A DNA stretch of 64,000 bases from a virus (taxonomy: Duplodnaviria > Caudoviricetes): the IMG/VR virus record IMGVR_UViG_3300031414_000005, one strand, 5' to 3'. The notes under the pieces were generated by a model. It was not told where the DNA came from, did not search any database, and saw nothing but the letters and a program-made list of their open reading frames with translations. The position numbers and the translations under genes are program-made. Below are positions 16,542 to 26,221 of this stretch, one piece after another (within the stretch, counting starts at the first letter, position 1; every line of letters begins with the position of its first letter).

Positions 16542-17087
16542 ATGTCAATTGAGATCCAATTGCAACGCGCGCTAGAATTAACCCTGAATGAAGAACACGA
16601 TTCCCTGAGTGACATGGTGTGCCGCGTGCACACCTCGTTAGTGGGACGGGCCATTAACCTGTTAAAGCAAGCGGGGTTTGGTGCAGACATCGCAGTGGTG
16701 CAAAGCTTTGAGCTGGTGAATAACAAGTTGGGTGTGTACGAAGTCAAGATGACGTTTACACCTAATAAGAAGCACGACAGTTATACCCTCTCTCTTAAAT
16801 CAAAAGTTAAGAAAGAAGCTATCCTGAGTGCCTTCATTAACCAGTGTCGGGTGATTGCCCAACCGCTATTGAATGCCAAGACCAAACGGGAAATCCTGTT
16901 AGAAGCGCTGTCTGAACACATCAATAACGATGATGGGTACAGCGGTGTCCGTACGTACGTGGATTACCGGGATATGCGAAACCTGCTGATCCGTTGCCAG
17001 GTAAAGAAAGAATTTGAAATGTTGCTTAGCAATAACAGCAGAAGCCGTCAGAAAAAAGATGAGGAGTGGGCATGGGCGCAATGGTAA
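16542..17087 (+). CDS. hypothetical protein
   Basis: AAGGA SD. Confidence 0.8.
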   Translation: MSIEIQLQRALELTLNEEHDSLSDMVCRVHTSLVGRAINLLKQAGFGADIAVVQSFELVNNKLGVYEVKMTFTPNKKHDSYTLSLKSKVKKEAILSAFINQCRVIAQPLLNAKTKREILLEALSEHINNDDGYSGVRTYVDYRDMRNLLIRCQVKKEFEMLLSNNSRSRQKKDEEWAWAQW

Positions 17088-17386
17088 TTGGTTGTATTTC
17101 ATTCATCGTGTTGCTCTGCACCGCCGCAGGGTGGTTGTGGATGACCGCACGTCAGCGGACAGAGAGTGATTACTGGTGGGGGTTAATGGCCGGCTACGCT
17201 GCACTCTATTTGTACTGTGTTTACTCCAACCCGCTACACCTGACACGTCTGCCTTTTCCTGTGATCCTTCTACTGATTCTGTTAACCGGTTATTGTGCCG
17301 GGGCATTACGCCTCGGGCGCGCATCACCCAGTATCCTGGCCGGGTTCTTCCTGGCGGGACTCATCCTGGGTTGTGGCCAAAGCTAA
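17072..17386 (+). CDS. multi-pass membrane protein
   Basis: GAGGAG SD; about 4 hydrophobic segments. Confidence 0.75.
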   Translation: MGAMVIGCISFIVLLCTAAGWLWMTARQRTESDYWWGLMAGYAALYLYCVYSNPLHLTRLPFPVILLLILLTGYCAGALRLGRASPSILAGFFLAGLILGCGQS

Positions 17387-17435
17387 GAGAGGTACCTTCT
17401 AATGTCATACCTGAACCAAACGAACCCAGCCCTGG

Positions 17436-17462
17436 CACCCGCGCGAAAGCGTGGGTGTTTTT
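17436..17462 (+). terminator. intrinsic terminator
   Basis: CACCCGCGC-GAAA-GCGTGGGTG + TTTTT. Confidence 0.75.
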
Positions 17463-17500
17463 CGGCGAACCCAATTAACCCTGAGTAAGTGCACCACTTC

Positions 17501-17526
17501 GGAGGCCTTCGGGCCTCCATCTTTTT
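17501..17526 (+). terminator. second tandem terminator
   Basis: GGAGGCC-TTCG-GGCCTCC + ATCTTTTT. Confidence 0.8.
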
Positions 17527-17603
17527 CATCTCTTTTTTTTATGTAAAGAATTACGTGTTCACGTATTACTATGTGACACTGATCCATACAACAGGAAATT
17601 ACA

Positions 17604-18761
17604 ATGAAAGACACAGCCCCAAAGAAAAAGAACCTGAAGCAAGAACGCAAAGAATTCCAGCGTCAGCGTGAAGAACTCCGCCTCGATATCAAACAGAGTC
17701 TGGCGTCCTATATGGAACACCAGGCTAAACGTCTGGCCGAACAGCTCGGTCAAGAACGCGGTGAGCAGATCCGTGTGGTGGTGTATGGCGCTGATGCGAT
17801 CTATAACCACGAAGAAGACCGTTTCTATGCCTCGGTGTATTGCAAGTTCAACCATGCCGGTGCTGAACTCCAGAGCGCGAACTACAGCCTCAACCCGAAC
17901 ACCTTTAAAGGTCAGTTCCAACCCACGTACCTGCCGTACCTGATCCCCGAGATCAAATGTGAAGGCGAGTTTAATTTCATTACTGATGCCACCCGTGAAG
18001 CGCACGACCTGGCCTGGGACAGTTTCAAAGTGTTACTGAACCTGTACGGTGATAAACTGGACAACCTGCGTGACTACGTGAAAAGCGAAGCGAGCCTGGC
18101 CGGTAAAGAAGTCGGTGCTCACCTCTACCGTGGTGAAGATGGGTTGATCGGTGTCGTGATCCAGGTCAACTCCGATAAGCAGGTGTTACTGGGTACGGCG
18201 AAGTCTGACGAAGAGCGCCCGTACATCGACAACATGGCCACTGCCATTGAGATCGATACCCTGCGCAATGTGGTGCCAAAGACCCGTGCGAAGGTTGTAG
18301 CCGAAGAACACCTGTTCTTTGACTACATGGTCGGTCAAATCTTTGAACAGCTGCACAACCGTGGCTGGGAAACCGTACAGACTGTCTCTAACGAAGAGCT
18401 GCCGAAGTACGTCGAAGAAACCGTCGCTGAAGCCCTGCGTCTGATTGCGGAAATCCGTGACGACGAAGAGATGAAAGCCAAAGCCGCGGAACCGTACGAC
18501 TACCCGATCACCGGCCTGCGTATCGACAGCAACTTCCTACTGTATTACACCGCCAACGACTATGCGATTGATTGTGCAGATCAGGACGCATTGAAGGTGT
18601 TGGCACGTCGTACCCCAATGCGTGTCTGGGTACAGGCTGAAATGAAACTGGTTGAGCAGTTAATCGAACAAGGTATCATTGATCAGAAAGATACCAAGCG
18701 TCCGGTCAACCCGCCAGTGAAAGAAGGTTACGACGCACCGGTCGCCGAAGAAACCGAATAA
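17604..18761 (+). CDS. hypothetical protein (385 aa, highly biased codons)
   Basis: AGGA SD; own terminator. Confidence 0.85.
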   Translation: MKDTAPKKKNLKQERKEFQRQREELRLDIKQSLASYMEHQAKRLAEQLGQERGEQIRVVVYGADAIYNHEEDRFYASVYCKFNHAGAELQSANYSLNPNTFKGQFQPTYLPYLIPEIKCEGEFNFITDATREAHDLAWDSFKVLLNLYGDKLDNLRDYVKSEASLAGKEVGAHLYRGEDGLIGVVIQVNSDKQVLLGTAKSDEERPYIDNMATAIEIDTLRNVVPKTRAKVVAEEHLFFDYMVGQIFEQLHNRGWETVQTVSNEELPKYVEETVAEALRLIAEIRDDEEMKAKAAEPYDYPITGLRIDSNFLLYYTANDYAIDCADQDALKVLARRTPMRVWVQAEMKLVEQLIEQGIIDQKDTKRPVNPPVKEGYDAPVAEETE

Positions 18762-18788
18762 CACCGAACCTCCCAACACCAGGGGAGC

Positions 18789-18819
18789 GAGCCTACTGCT
18801 TCGGCAGTAGGCTCTTTTT
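18789..18819 (+). terminator. intrinsic terminator
   Basis: GAGCCTACTGC-TTCG-GCAGTAGGCTC + TTTTT. Confidence 0.9.
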
Positions 18820-18826
18820 ACGCAAT

Positions 18827-18858
18827 TTAGATTGCAGTGTGGTTGAGGTCTATATTAC
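18827..18858 (+). promoter_or_regulatory. phage promoter, bipartite motif copy 3
   Basis: TTAGATTGCAG-N12-CTATATTAC. Confidence 0.75.
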
Positions 18859-18896
18859 CCATGTGAATAGGAAACGTAGTTCTCTTAGGAGCCATA

Positions 18897-19946
18897 GTGC
18901 AGATCAGTAATATCAATGTTCACGCCGGGTTCCCGACGTTGCTGTCTAATGAAGAATTCGCCAGCATCGCCCAACAAAGCAAAGGTAACGGAGACGTATT
19001 CCGCCAGCAACTGCGCGAAGCGTTGCATGAGAAATTGAATACACCCCCGATGCGTGAACTCCGGTTTACGCTGTGCTATTACGCGCTTCCCTATGCTTAT
19101 ACCCGTCCCGGTACCAACGGGATTAACACATCGAACTTAGTACAAGGAAATAAAACCATGGGCCGTCCAAACAACAAGCCACAGAACCGTACCGACAAAG
19201 CTGCACCACAGTTAACTTTAGCCGGCGTGAAAGAAGCGATTCTCTCACACACCCCACTGGCTGATGAAAGCGAGCTGGAGAAAGCAGCCTACGCGGTACT
19301 CACCCGGGTTACCAAACGTCACATGAGTCTGACCGATGCACTCGATGATGTCCTGGTTCCGAAGCAGCCTGAATTCGTTGAAGTCCAACTGGACCTTGAC
19401 CAATTCGACGATGATACCCGTGAGAAAATCGCACAGCAAATCATCGCCCTCCGGAAAGAACAACCGCAGCTGTCGAATGACGACGCCTTGCAGTTAATCT
19501 TAACCTCCATTATCGAAACCACCGTTCACACGCCTAACGAGGTAGTCACCATGTCAGAACAAACCAACACCAACAGCAACACCCTGAACCTGACCCCGGT
19601 TAGCGAAGCTGTTCAGCAGGGCGTGCGGAGTACAGAACCTACATCAAACCAGCAGGCGATAATAGATATGATAGTACGGGACGGCAGCGAAGCTCATCTG
19701 CCAGAAGCGTCAGTCGAAGAAAGCCTGGAAGAGTTGCGTGCCAAAGAAGAAGCCTACGTGGCGGATCACGGTGCGGAACTGCAAGCCAACCTGGTCACCG
19801 GGAACAGCCCTAACTGGAAACTGGTCGGTGGGATTGCTGCGGGTCTGGCGCTGTTGGGTGTGGCCGGTTATGTCGGCTACCGCTATTACCAGCGTCAGCA
19901 GGACGGCGTACCGAATCTCACTGTAAACGATGCAGAAGAGATCTGA
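18897..19946 (+). CDS. C-terminally membrane-anchored protein with three possible in-frame starts
   Basis: SD-equipped starts at 18897 (GTG), 19158 and 19551; TM LVGGIAAGLALLGVAGYVGY. Confidence 0.75.
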   Translation: MQISNINVHAGFPTLLSNEEFASIAQQSKGNGDVFRQQLREALHEKLNTPPMRELRFTLCYYALPYAYTRPGTNGINTSNLVQGNKTMGRPNNKPQNRTDKAAPQLTLAGVKEAILSHTPLADESELEKAAYAVLTRVTKRHMSLTDALDDVLVPKQPEFVEVQLDLDQFDDDTREKIAQQIIALRKEQPQLSNDDALQLILTSIIETTVHTPNEVVTMSEQTNTNSNTLNLTPVSEAVQQGVRSTEPTSNQQAIIDMIVRDGSEAHLPEASVEESLEELRAKEEAYVADHGAELQANLVTGNSPNWKLVGGIAAGLALLGVAGYVGYRYYQRQQDGVPNLTVNDAEEI

Positions 19947-19952
19947 TTAAAT

Positions 19953-19972
19953 GAGGAGCCTTCGGGCTCCTC
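19953..19972 (+). terminator. intrinsic terminator hairpin
   Basis: GAGGAGCC-TTCG-GGCTCCTC, T-rich downstream. Confidence 0.7.
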
Positions 19973-20032
19973 TTCATTCGGCTCTTTTTTTTGCCTATTT
20001 TCTGACAGTGAGAATAAATAAAGGGCTGCATC

Positions 20033-20503
20033 ATGCTAACTGAAGCTGTACTGCGGATCATCCTCACCGCGGCGATTGGGCTGCTGGGATGGTTCATTGT
20101 TTATCGGCACCGGGTGCAAGCAGAACGTGTGGTGGAATCTCTGAGTCAGAAAAACTTAATGAGTTCGTTACGCTACCACAACCCGGCGCTTAAGGAGTCG
20201 TGTGCTTACCACGTGATCTACGGGTCATTGAAGACCCGCTACCGGTCACCCCTCGCATTGCAACTCACCCCACAACGGGAAGCGGTGATGGACACGCTGG
20301 CCATGGGGTTGTTGTGTGCGGTCACCATCGAATTGCGCGAACCGTTTTTGATTCTGTCGACCCTGGCAGAATGCATTCGGCTTGAACACAAGGTGTCTAC
20401 CAGTGTGTTTATCAATGACAAAGGAGCGATGGAACTGGTCATCCGTGAACCTACGTATGAACTGTACTACTTCGTGTTTCATTCGAAAGAGATTCTCATT
20501 TAG
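20033..20503 (+). CDS. N-terminally anchored membrane protein
   Basis: IILTAAIGLLGWFIVY. Confidence 0.7.
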   Translation: MLTEAVLRIILTAAIGLLGWFIVYRHRVQAERVVESLSQKNLMSSLRYHNPALKESCAYHVIYGSLKTRYRSPLALQLTPQREAVMDTLAMGLLCAVTIELREPFLILSTLAECIRLEHKVSTSVFINDKGAMELVIREPTYELYYFVFHSKEILI

Positions 20504-20517
20504 AATAGGTAGCCATC

Positions 20518-20880
20518 ATGGGCCATAACGCCATTCTTCTATTGTTCGTTTTTGTGGTGCTGGTTTTGTTATTCGTTTTAATGGTGCGTTTCGTCGTGGG
20601 TCGACTGGAGGCTTATTCGACGGTGTTTAACAACACCATCGGACAGAACGTGTTTTATTCACTGACATATCTCGACAACTATATCCATGACAGTCCGGAC
20701 CCGGTGACGGTGATGGGTGTCAAGACCAAACTGGATTACTTAACCAATGACCCGATCTATCGGTTGCAAATGGAGTTGGTTGAGAACCACACCCCACTGG
20801 CGCATGCGGTGGTCTTTAAAACCCGTCAGGGGGTGGTGGTGCACCGCGCGTTATACCAAACGACGTTGTTTGCAAAATAG
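20518..20880 (+). CDS. N-terminally anchored membrane protein
   Basis: ILLLFVFVVLVLLFVLMVRFVV. Confidence 0.75.
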   Translation: MGHNAILLLFVFVVLVLLFVLMVRFVVGRLEAYSTVFNNTIGQNVFYSLTYLDNYIHDSPDPVTVMGVKTKLDYLTNDPIYRLQMELVENHTPLAHAVVFKTRQGVVVHRALYQTTLFAK

Positions 20881-20883
20881 CCT

Positions 20884-20914
20884 AAAGAGGGAGAGGCTTG
20901 CGCCTCTCCCTTTT
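20884..20914. terminator. bidirectional terminator between convergent genes
   Basis: AGGGAGAGGC-TTGC-GCCTCTCCCT with A tract before and T tract after. Confidence 0.75.
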
Positions 20915-20917
20915 CAG

Positions 20918-21535
20918 TCATTTACTTTTGGCTTGGTCCTCGTAGTAATCAATGGTCGCTTGCAGTTGACTCACCTGCGCTTCCAATTGAAGAATACGGG
21001 CTTTATCAGTGGAAGCGTTGGTGATCTTTTCCAACCGGGCGGCTTCATTCAGGCGGTACTGCTCTGCGCTGATAAACCCGGTACTGGGAATGACCCCAAC
21101 CGTGACCGTGGCGGTTACCCCGATGGTGGCTAACGTCTCATCGATTAGCCGTTGCTTTAATGTGGTGAGGGTGTCTCGCAACTCAGCCGGCACCAGACCA
21201 CAATCAATGCCCAGGATTAAACGCTCTTGCAGAACCCCGTTATCATCCGGATAGGTGTCGATGTACGTGGACGGGATGTACACCGGTGCACGGGTACCGG
21301 AGGTTAAGGTGATGATGTCCGCATTGGCGTCCAGGTCCACCTGGTATTGCACCGCGGTTAAGCCGGCCGGGGTGTAAACCTGCGCCACCACATCAACGTC
21401 TTCGCCCAGCATCTCTGGAATCGTGCGCGTGGCAGAAACCGTGTAGCGGGTGTTAGGGTCGAGCAGTGCATCAAACGGTGTCTTGGCAGTGAACTTACCT
21501 GTGACACGTAGCGGGGGAGTAATACTGGTGGCCAC
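20918..21535 (-). CDS. conserved chimallivirus protein (probably virion-associated)
   Basis: 205 aa; synteny upstream of RNase H as recalled for phiKZ-like phages. Confidence 0.7.
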   Translation of the reverse strand: MATSITPPLRVTGKFTAKTPFDALLDPNTRYTVSATRTIPEMLGEDVDVVAQVYTPAGLTAVQYQVDLDANADIITLTSGTRAPVYIPSTYIDTYPDDNGVLQERLILGIDCGLVPAELRDTLTTLKQRLIDETLATIGVTATVTVGVIPSTGFISAEQYRLNEAARLEKITNASTDKARILQLEAQVSQLQATIDYYEDQAKSK

Positions 21536-21548
21536 AGGCCCTCCTTAC

Positions 21549-22868
21549 TTACGAAGCGGTTTGAATCGATTGCAGGTACCCTTTGGTGACCATCAGGTAT
21601 TTGACCCCGTTGATCGTCTTAGTGGTGTACAGCACCCCATCACGCTCGGCCCGCGATACCTCGATCGGTACCTCGGTGTCTTCGGTCATGGTTTCCGCTG
21701 CCAGCAACATCTGTTCAACCGCCAGAATGAAATCCGTGGTGGCTTTGGTCATGAGATCAAAGTCTTTGTCACGGCTTGGAATCAGGCTGTAATCCGGGTA
21801 CAAGGTGCGCAGTTTGATCAACCCATCCCGGTTCGTCGGTTTCCCCAAGGTCAGGATATTGATCGACTTGTACAGACTCGGAAAAGTCTGAAGGGATTTT
21901 ATGATGTGAGTTTGTTCAAAATTACGAAAGACCTTTGTCGGTTGGTCGAGCAGGGTTTCATAATCGCCTACAGGTGAGTACTGCGCCTGTTGGGTGGTCT
22001 TGTTAGGAATCCCGTTCTCTAACCAGTTCGGCAACAGATAGAACTCCATGGGATTAAAAAGATCAGGCAGGACCTCTTCCCATTCTTCCCGTGTGTGTTT
22101 TGAACTCCCCAGGATGGTATTGCGAATCGCTTCGTAGATATCGTCTTCGCTCACCGCACTACCGCCATAATAGACAATTGTCCAGTATGCATCGTTGGTA
22201 TTGGGTTTGTTTACCGTATCATGCACAGCAAAACCATACGTCTTCAGGCCAGACTCTGGGTACTTTGATCGGGCAGCATTCAGTCGGGTGACAAACTTGT
22301 CCTGGGTTTCCTGTGCCAACCGGGTGGCGACATTCTTGTAGTTTTGAAACAAGGCGTCGATTTCACTGTCTGGCACAGGGCCTACGACCAGGTATTCCCG
22401 ACGTGGGTACTGTACTGAAAAGGCACCGTCAGCGAACCAGATCTTGACATTGATCTCGCTGTTGGTCTTCAGGTTACCCGAGAACCAAGCAGGCATCCAG
22501 ATCGTCCCGTTGGTTTCCATTTCCCCAATGGTCAGGTTATCCCAGACACTGTCGAACTCCGCTTTGAGTTGCTGGAGCGCAGTGGCACCGGAATCCGTCA
22601 GGTTACCCGCGTTGGCTTGATTATAGATCCACGAACACAACTTTAGAATGCCATCTGACAGAGCATCCGGCAAGGCTGCGTGGTCGTTGCCGATCTCAGA
22701 AACAAATGCCATCAAGGTGACATTTGGGTACGTGGTGTTGTCATACACCCCGATATCTTTTGAGAACGACACAGATTGGCTGGACAACTCACCGAGCGGT
22801 GAGGTCGTGAGTTTGGTGTTATCGAAAAGAGCAGGTATTGCGCAGAAACCCAATACGGCGTTACTCAT
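21549..22868 (-). CDS. virion structural protein (phiKZ gp157-like)
   Basis: AAGGA SD; 439 aa; position next to the RNase H locus. Confidence 0.65.
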   Translation of the reverse strand: MSNAVLGFCAIPALFDNTKLTTSPLGELSSQSVSFSKDIGVYDNTTYPNVTLMAFVSEIGNDHAALPDALSDGILKLCSWIYNQANAGNLTDSGATALQQLKAEFDSVWDNLTIGEMETNGTIWMPAWFSGNLKTNSEINVKIWFADGAFSVQYPRREYLVVGPVPDSEIDALFQNYKNVATRLAQETQDKFVTRLNAARSKYPESGLKTYGFAVHDTVNKPNTNDAYWTIVYYGGSAVSEDDIYEAIRNTILGSSKHTREEWEEVLPDLFNPMEFYLLPNWLENGIPNKTTQQAQYSPVGDYETLLDQPTKVFRNFEQTHIIKSLQTFPSLYKSINILTLGKPTNRDGLIKLRTLYPDYSLIPSRDKDFDLMTKATTDFILAVEQMLLAAETMTEDTEVPIEVSRAERDGVLYTTKTINGVKYLMVTKGYLQSIQTAS

Positions 22869-22945
22869 GGCGTATTCCTTTTTGAAACGATTAAACTAAA
22901 CATACGATTCACTGACAATCGGTATATAAGAATAGAGGTATTACT

Positions 22946-23374
22946 GTGGGCACTGTTTTCATTCGCTTGCTGTATTTTTTGTTGCCGTACCTCGTGAAGA
23001 ACTCCAAGCGGTTTATGAGCGACGGGCGTTCTCATCACACGGTGTCGGACAAGTTACGTAAAGCGTATTTCATTATTGTTGCTTTGGTCATGATCGTTAT
23101 CATGGGGTTTGGTTACGGTGGCTACCGTTATTATATCCTGTTCAAGAGTCAGCGCGTGTTGGAAGAGTCAGTGGCGGATTTGCGCCGGGCCCAACCAGAC
23201 AGCAAACTGGCGGCGGACGTTGTGGGACAGAACCAAAAACTGCTGCACAACATTACCGACCTGATCACCTTGAACCGGGATCTGCAAGACCAGAACCTGA
23301 AACTCAGCAACGAAAACAAAACGTATCGTTGGAAGCTGGGTATCGATGACGAAGGCAATCCGTTGAACAAGTAA
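22946..23374 (+). CDS. membrane protein with C-terminal coiled coil
   Basis: GAGG SD + GTG; TM FIIVALVMIVIMGFGYGGY; heptad-rich C-terminus. Confidence 0.7.
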   Translation: MGTVFIRLLYFLLPYLVKNSKRFMSDGRSHHTVSDKLRKAYFIIVALVMIVIMGFGYGGYRYYILFKSQRVLEESVADLRRAQPDSKLAADVVGQNQKLLHNITDLITLNRDLQDQNLKLSNENKTYRWKLGIDDEGNPLNK

Positions 23375-23435
23375 AAAATAACGCAGTACCGTATTGTTTG
23401 TAAACGGATTGCTGAATATTTCCAGAGGTCAAAAA

Positions 23436-24935
23436 ATGAGTGATGTAAAACCCGATGACGTTGAAGCGTCAAAGACATGTTTGGTGCTTTATACCGATGG
23501 TGGCGCACGCCCGAATCCTGGCAATGCCGGGTGGGGGTTGCACGGGTATTCATACCCATTGGTTGACAACGACAAACGTAAGAAGAAGAAACTGGCCACC
23601 GGTGTCCCGACCAAAATCGGGTACTACGTGAACCAGAAAGTCAGTGAAGATGATGTCGTCCGGCCTGAGCGCATTTATGAGTTCGCGGGCGGCATCTCTA
23701 CCAACGGCACCAACAACCAGGGTGAAATGACGGCTACCCTTAATGGGCTGGAATTGGCCTTGGAAGTGGGTGCGCATAGCGTTAACATCATCAGTGATTC
23801 AGAATACACCGGCAAAGGTGTACGTGAAGGCATCCCTAAATGGAAAAAGGACAACTGGAAAACCAAAACCGGTGAAGACCGTCCGAACAAAGACATTTGG
23901 ATCAAGTTGGATACAGTCGTGCAGCAGCTGAAAGAACGCGGCACCATTGTTGACATCAGCTGGATCAAGGGGCACAACGGGCACAAGGGGAACTCTGAAG
24001 CGGATGCGCAAGCAACCAAAGGGGTGTACCTGGCTCGCAAGCAAGACTTCACACCGGTGCGTAACACCTATGAATTTGCTGATTACGACAAGTCGAGTCA
24101 TGGCATGTCGGCATTAGCATTTACCCCGCGGTGGTTTTATAATTCCGAGCGAGAAGATTTCTTTGAACGGAATGATGAAGGTTTCCGGGTGTATTACCTG
24201 GGACGTCAACCAGACGATAAAGAGTATTACGGTAAACCAACGCCTGATGTGACCTTTTCGGTGCTGTGGTCGCATGGTGGTGAACCGATTATCGATAAAC
24301 TGTTTGACTACAGTCGGAAACACTTGCCGAATCCAAAAGGCAATCTGTGTGTGGGTAACTTGCAGCGTGCGAAGTTGGCTACACAACACCGTGATTTGGT
24401 CGGGGGCGCGCAACCAGTGTATGACCTGAAGGATGGGGTGTATCTGGTGAACACGTCCGATGAGGTAGTGATGGAAGTGCGCAATCCACCGGGGATCTCT
24501 TACCGGGTAATGGAGTGTCTGCACAACGTTGAAGCGATTTTGCGTGAAGCCTTCCACGGCCGGACTTCTGACCAGTTGACTTTCCAGGATATCACGGCGT
24601 CATTCTTTACCGAGAAAGAAGCCAAAGGAAAGAAAACCTTTGAAGTGCGCAAAGACATCACACCGATTACGAAGTACGTCGATGTGATGGTGGATTTCCC
24701 AGGTGCAGTGAAGCCTGTGAAAACCCGCTTAACGTTTGAAATCGACTGCCCTTCTCGATCGGTATTCAATGCCATCAAGGGAGAGGACCCCCAGATCCTG
24801 TTGTTCATTGCGAAGGAAGGTACCGGCGGCTATCGCTACGGTACGATCGTGAAGACCAAGCAGGACTGGAGTGCAACAGCATCCGTACATGCAAATCTGC
24901 GCGTCTTATCGCTGGAGGAGCTTGGGAGGAAATGA
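23436..24935 (+). CDS. rnhA: RNase H (type I) with long C-terminal extension (phiKZ gp155-like)
   Basis: LYTDGGARPNPGNAGWG, TNNQGEM, IISDSEY, WIKGHNGHKGNSEADAQA. Confidence 0.92.
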   Translation: MSDVKPDDVEASKTCLVLYTDGGARPNPGNAGWGLHGYSYPLVDNDKRKKKKLATGVPTKIGYYVNQKVSEDDVVRPERIYEFAGGISTNGTNNQGEMTATLNGLELALEVGAHSVNIISDSEYTGKGVREGIPKWKKDNWKTKTGEDRPNKDIWIKLDTVVQQLKERGTIVDISWIKGHNGHKGNSEADAQATKGVYLARKQDFTPVRNTYEFADYDKSSHGMSALAFTPRWFYNSEREDFFERNDEGFRVYYLGRQPDDKEYYGKPTPDVTFSVLWSHGGEPIIDKLFDYSRKHLPNPKGNLCVGNLQRAKLATQHRDLVGGAQPVYDLKDGVYLVNTSDEVVMEVRNPPGISYRVMECLHNVEAILREAFHGRTSDQLTFQDITASFFTEKEAKGKKTFEVRKDITPITKYVDVMVDFPGAVKPVKTRLTFEIDCPSRSVFNAIKGEDPQILLFIAKEGTGGYRYGTIVKTKQDWSATASVHANLRVLSLEELGRK

Positions 24936-25297
24936 TGGGTACGTTGATACACAGCTTGCAAGGCATGGTGGATCGCGTCAGAGCATATCTACAGGAAGAA
25001 GTGGTGGATCAGGATGCCGATCGTCGGTGTTTGTTAGTGGTGGCGTTAGCCCGCTACCGCGACCGTGAGGTTAATCTCAATGACCTGAATCGCCGCTACT
25101 CCCTGACCGCTGACGCCAGCCAGCTTAAACGCTATTACGACTTGTCAGTTTTTCTGCATGACCAGTTGGATACGGTGTTTGAGAAGGTGGATTTCCGCAA
25201 GCCCGACAATGTGATCGAAAGTTTACCGGAGTGGCTGGTGTACCACAATACCAACCAGCTACGCCGGGACATTATCCAGTTTGCTACGCGACATTGA
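24932..25297 (+). CDS. hypothetical protein
   Basis: GGAGG SD, overlaps the RNase H stop. Confidence 0.75.
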   Translation: MMGTLIHSLQGMVDRVRAYLQEEVVDQDADRRCLLVVALARYRDREVNLNDLNRRYSLTADASQLKRYYDLSVFLHDQLDTVFEKVDFRKPDNVIESLPEWLVYHNTNQLRRDIIQFATRH

Positions 25298-25306
25298 TGT
25301 AACCTT

Positions 25307-25334
25307 AAAAGAGGAGCCCACACGGGCTCCTCTT
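25307..25334. terminator. terminator between convergent genes
   Basis: AAGAGGAGCCC-ACAC-GGGCTCCTCTT; identical copy at 32771. Confidence 0.8.
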
Positions 25335-25347
25335 ATTTCAGCGCTTT

Positions 25348-26127
25348 TTATTTTGCCAGACGTTTGGCGGTTTCGGTCAGGGCGTTACCGGTCTGGATCG
25401 TCAGAGCAAACACCGAGCCGGCAAAGGTCACAAACCGGGCCATTTCCATCAGCTTCTCGGCAATGAACTTGTTCCCGGTGGTGTCACCCAGGTCCACTTC
25501 ACCCGACTCCATGAGTTTGTACAGGATATCGCTCAGTTCGTCCGTACGCGCCACACGACGATGGAACTCAGCCGGGGCCGTGATCTTGACAGAACGCACA
25601 CCCTGGTTGAATTTCTCTACCGTTGCTGGGAACGCACCCAGTGAGGTAAATGCTTGGCCAAAGGTTACCGTGGTGGGTTTGTCGGTGATCCAGGTTTTCA
25701 GCGCATCCTGTTTTGCCAACATGGTCTTAAAATTCGGGGCCATGCTGATGTTCAGGTTGCCGTCGGAGATCACTTTACCTAACCAGCGATTAAACGCATC
25801 CAGCTCGCTTGAGGTGGTTTTATTTACCAACCACAGACATTCGGTCAGTGTGACCACAAAGTCGGTCATGTTGCCTTGGAAGCCGTCTGGTGTGATGATG
25901 AACTTCGGCATCAGATCCATGTAGTTCTTGCGGTCTTCAATCCCGCGGGCAGGACCGAGGTCAGCCACCACTAAGGGTTTACGAAACACATCCAATCCTT
26001 TGCGGATGTATGAGGACAGATCGAAGAGCAACCCCTTCATGCTGTCTTTCCAGGCCATGTCTTCCATCCCGGTGTTCGGTTGGAAAATAGTCTGTAACTG
26101 TTGTTCAAGAGATTGCAATTCGTTCAT
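25348..26127 (-). CDS. head protein with short propeptide (phiKZ gp153-like)
   Basis: TGMED cleavage-type motif near the N-terminus; synteny between RNase H and RecA. Confidence 0.6.
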   Translation of the reverse strand: MNELQSLEQQLQTIFQPNTGMEDMAWKDSMKGLLFDLSSYIRKGLDVFRKPLVVADLGPARGIEDRKNYMDLMPKFIITPDGFQGNMTDFVVTLTECLWLVNKTTSSELDAFNRWLGKVISDGNLNISMAPNFKTMLAKQDALKTWITDKPTTVTFGQAFTSLGAFPATVEKFNQGVRSVKITAPAEFHRRVARTDELSDILYKLMESGEVDLGDTTGNKFIAEKLMEMARFVTFAGSVFALTIQTGNALTETAKRLAK

Positions 26128-26221
26128 TGTAAATAGTCCCTAATAGGTCAACTGTAGTTTTAAACATAGAATCTCTTTCTATAGGTCAAAAAGAACTTTT
26201 TCCAGTCAAGGAATCTAATCA

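Noticed and set aside
17402-17488. 28-aa ORF with GAGG SD
   Set aside because: It spans a clear terminator hairpin and the peptide is not protein-like; probably incidental
26143-26189. ATAGGTCAA direct repeat in the divergent gp153-like/RecA intergenic region
   Set aside because: Only two 9-mers in AT-rich DNA; cannot be distinguished from chance
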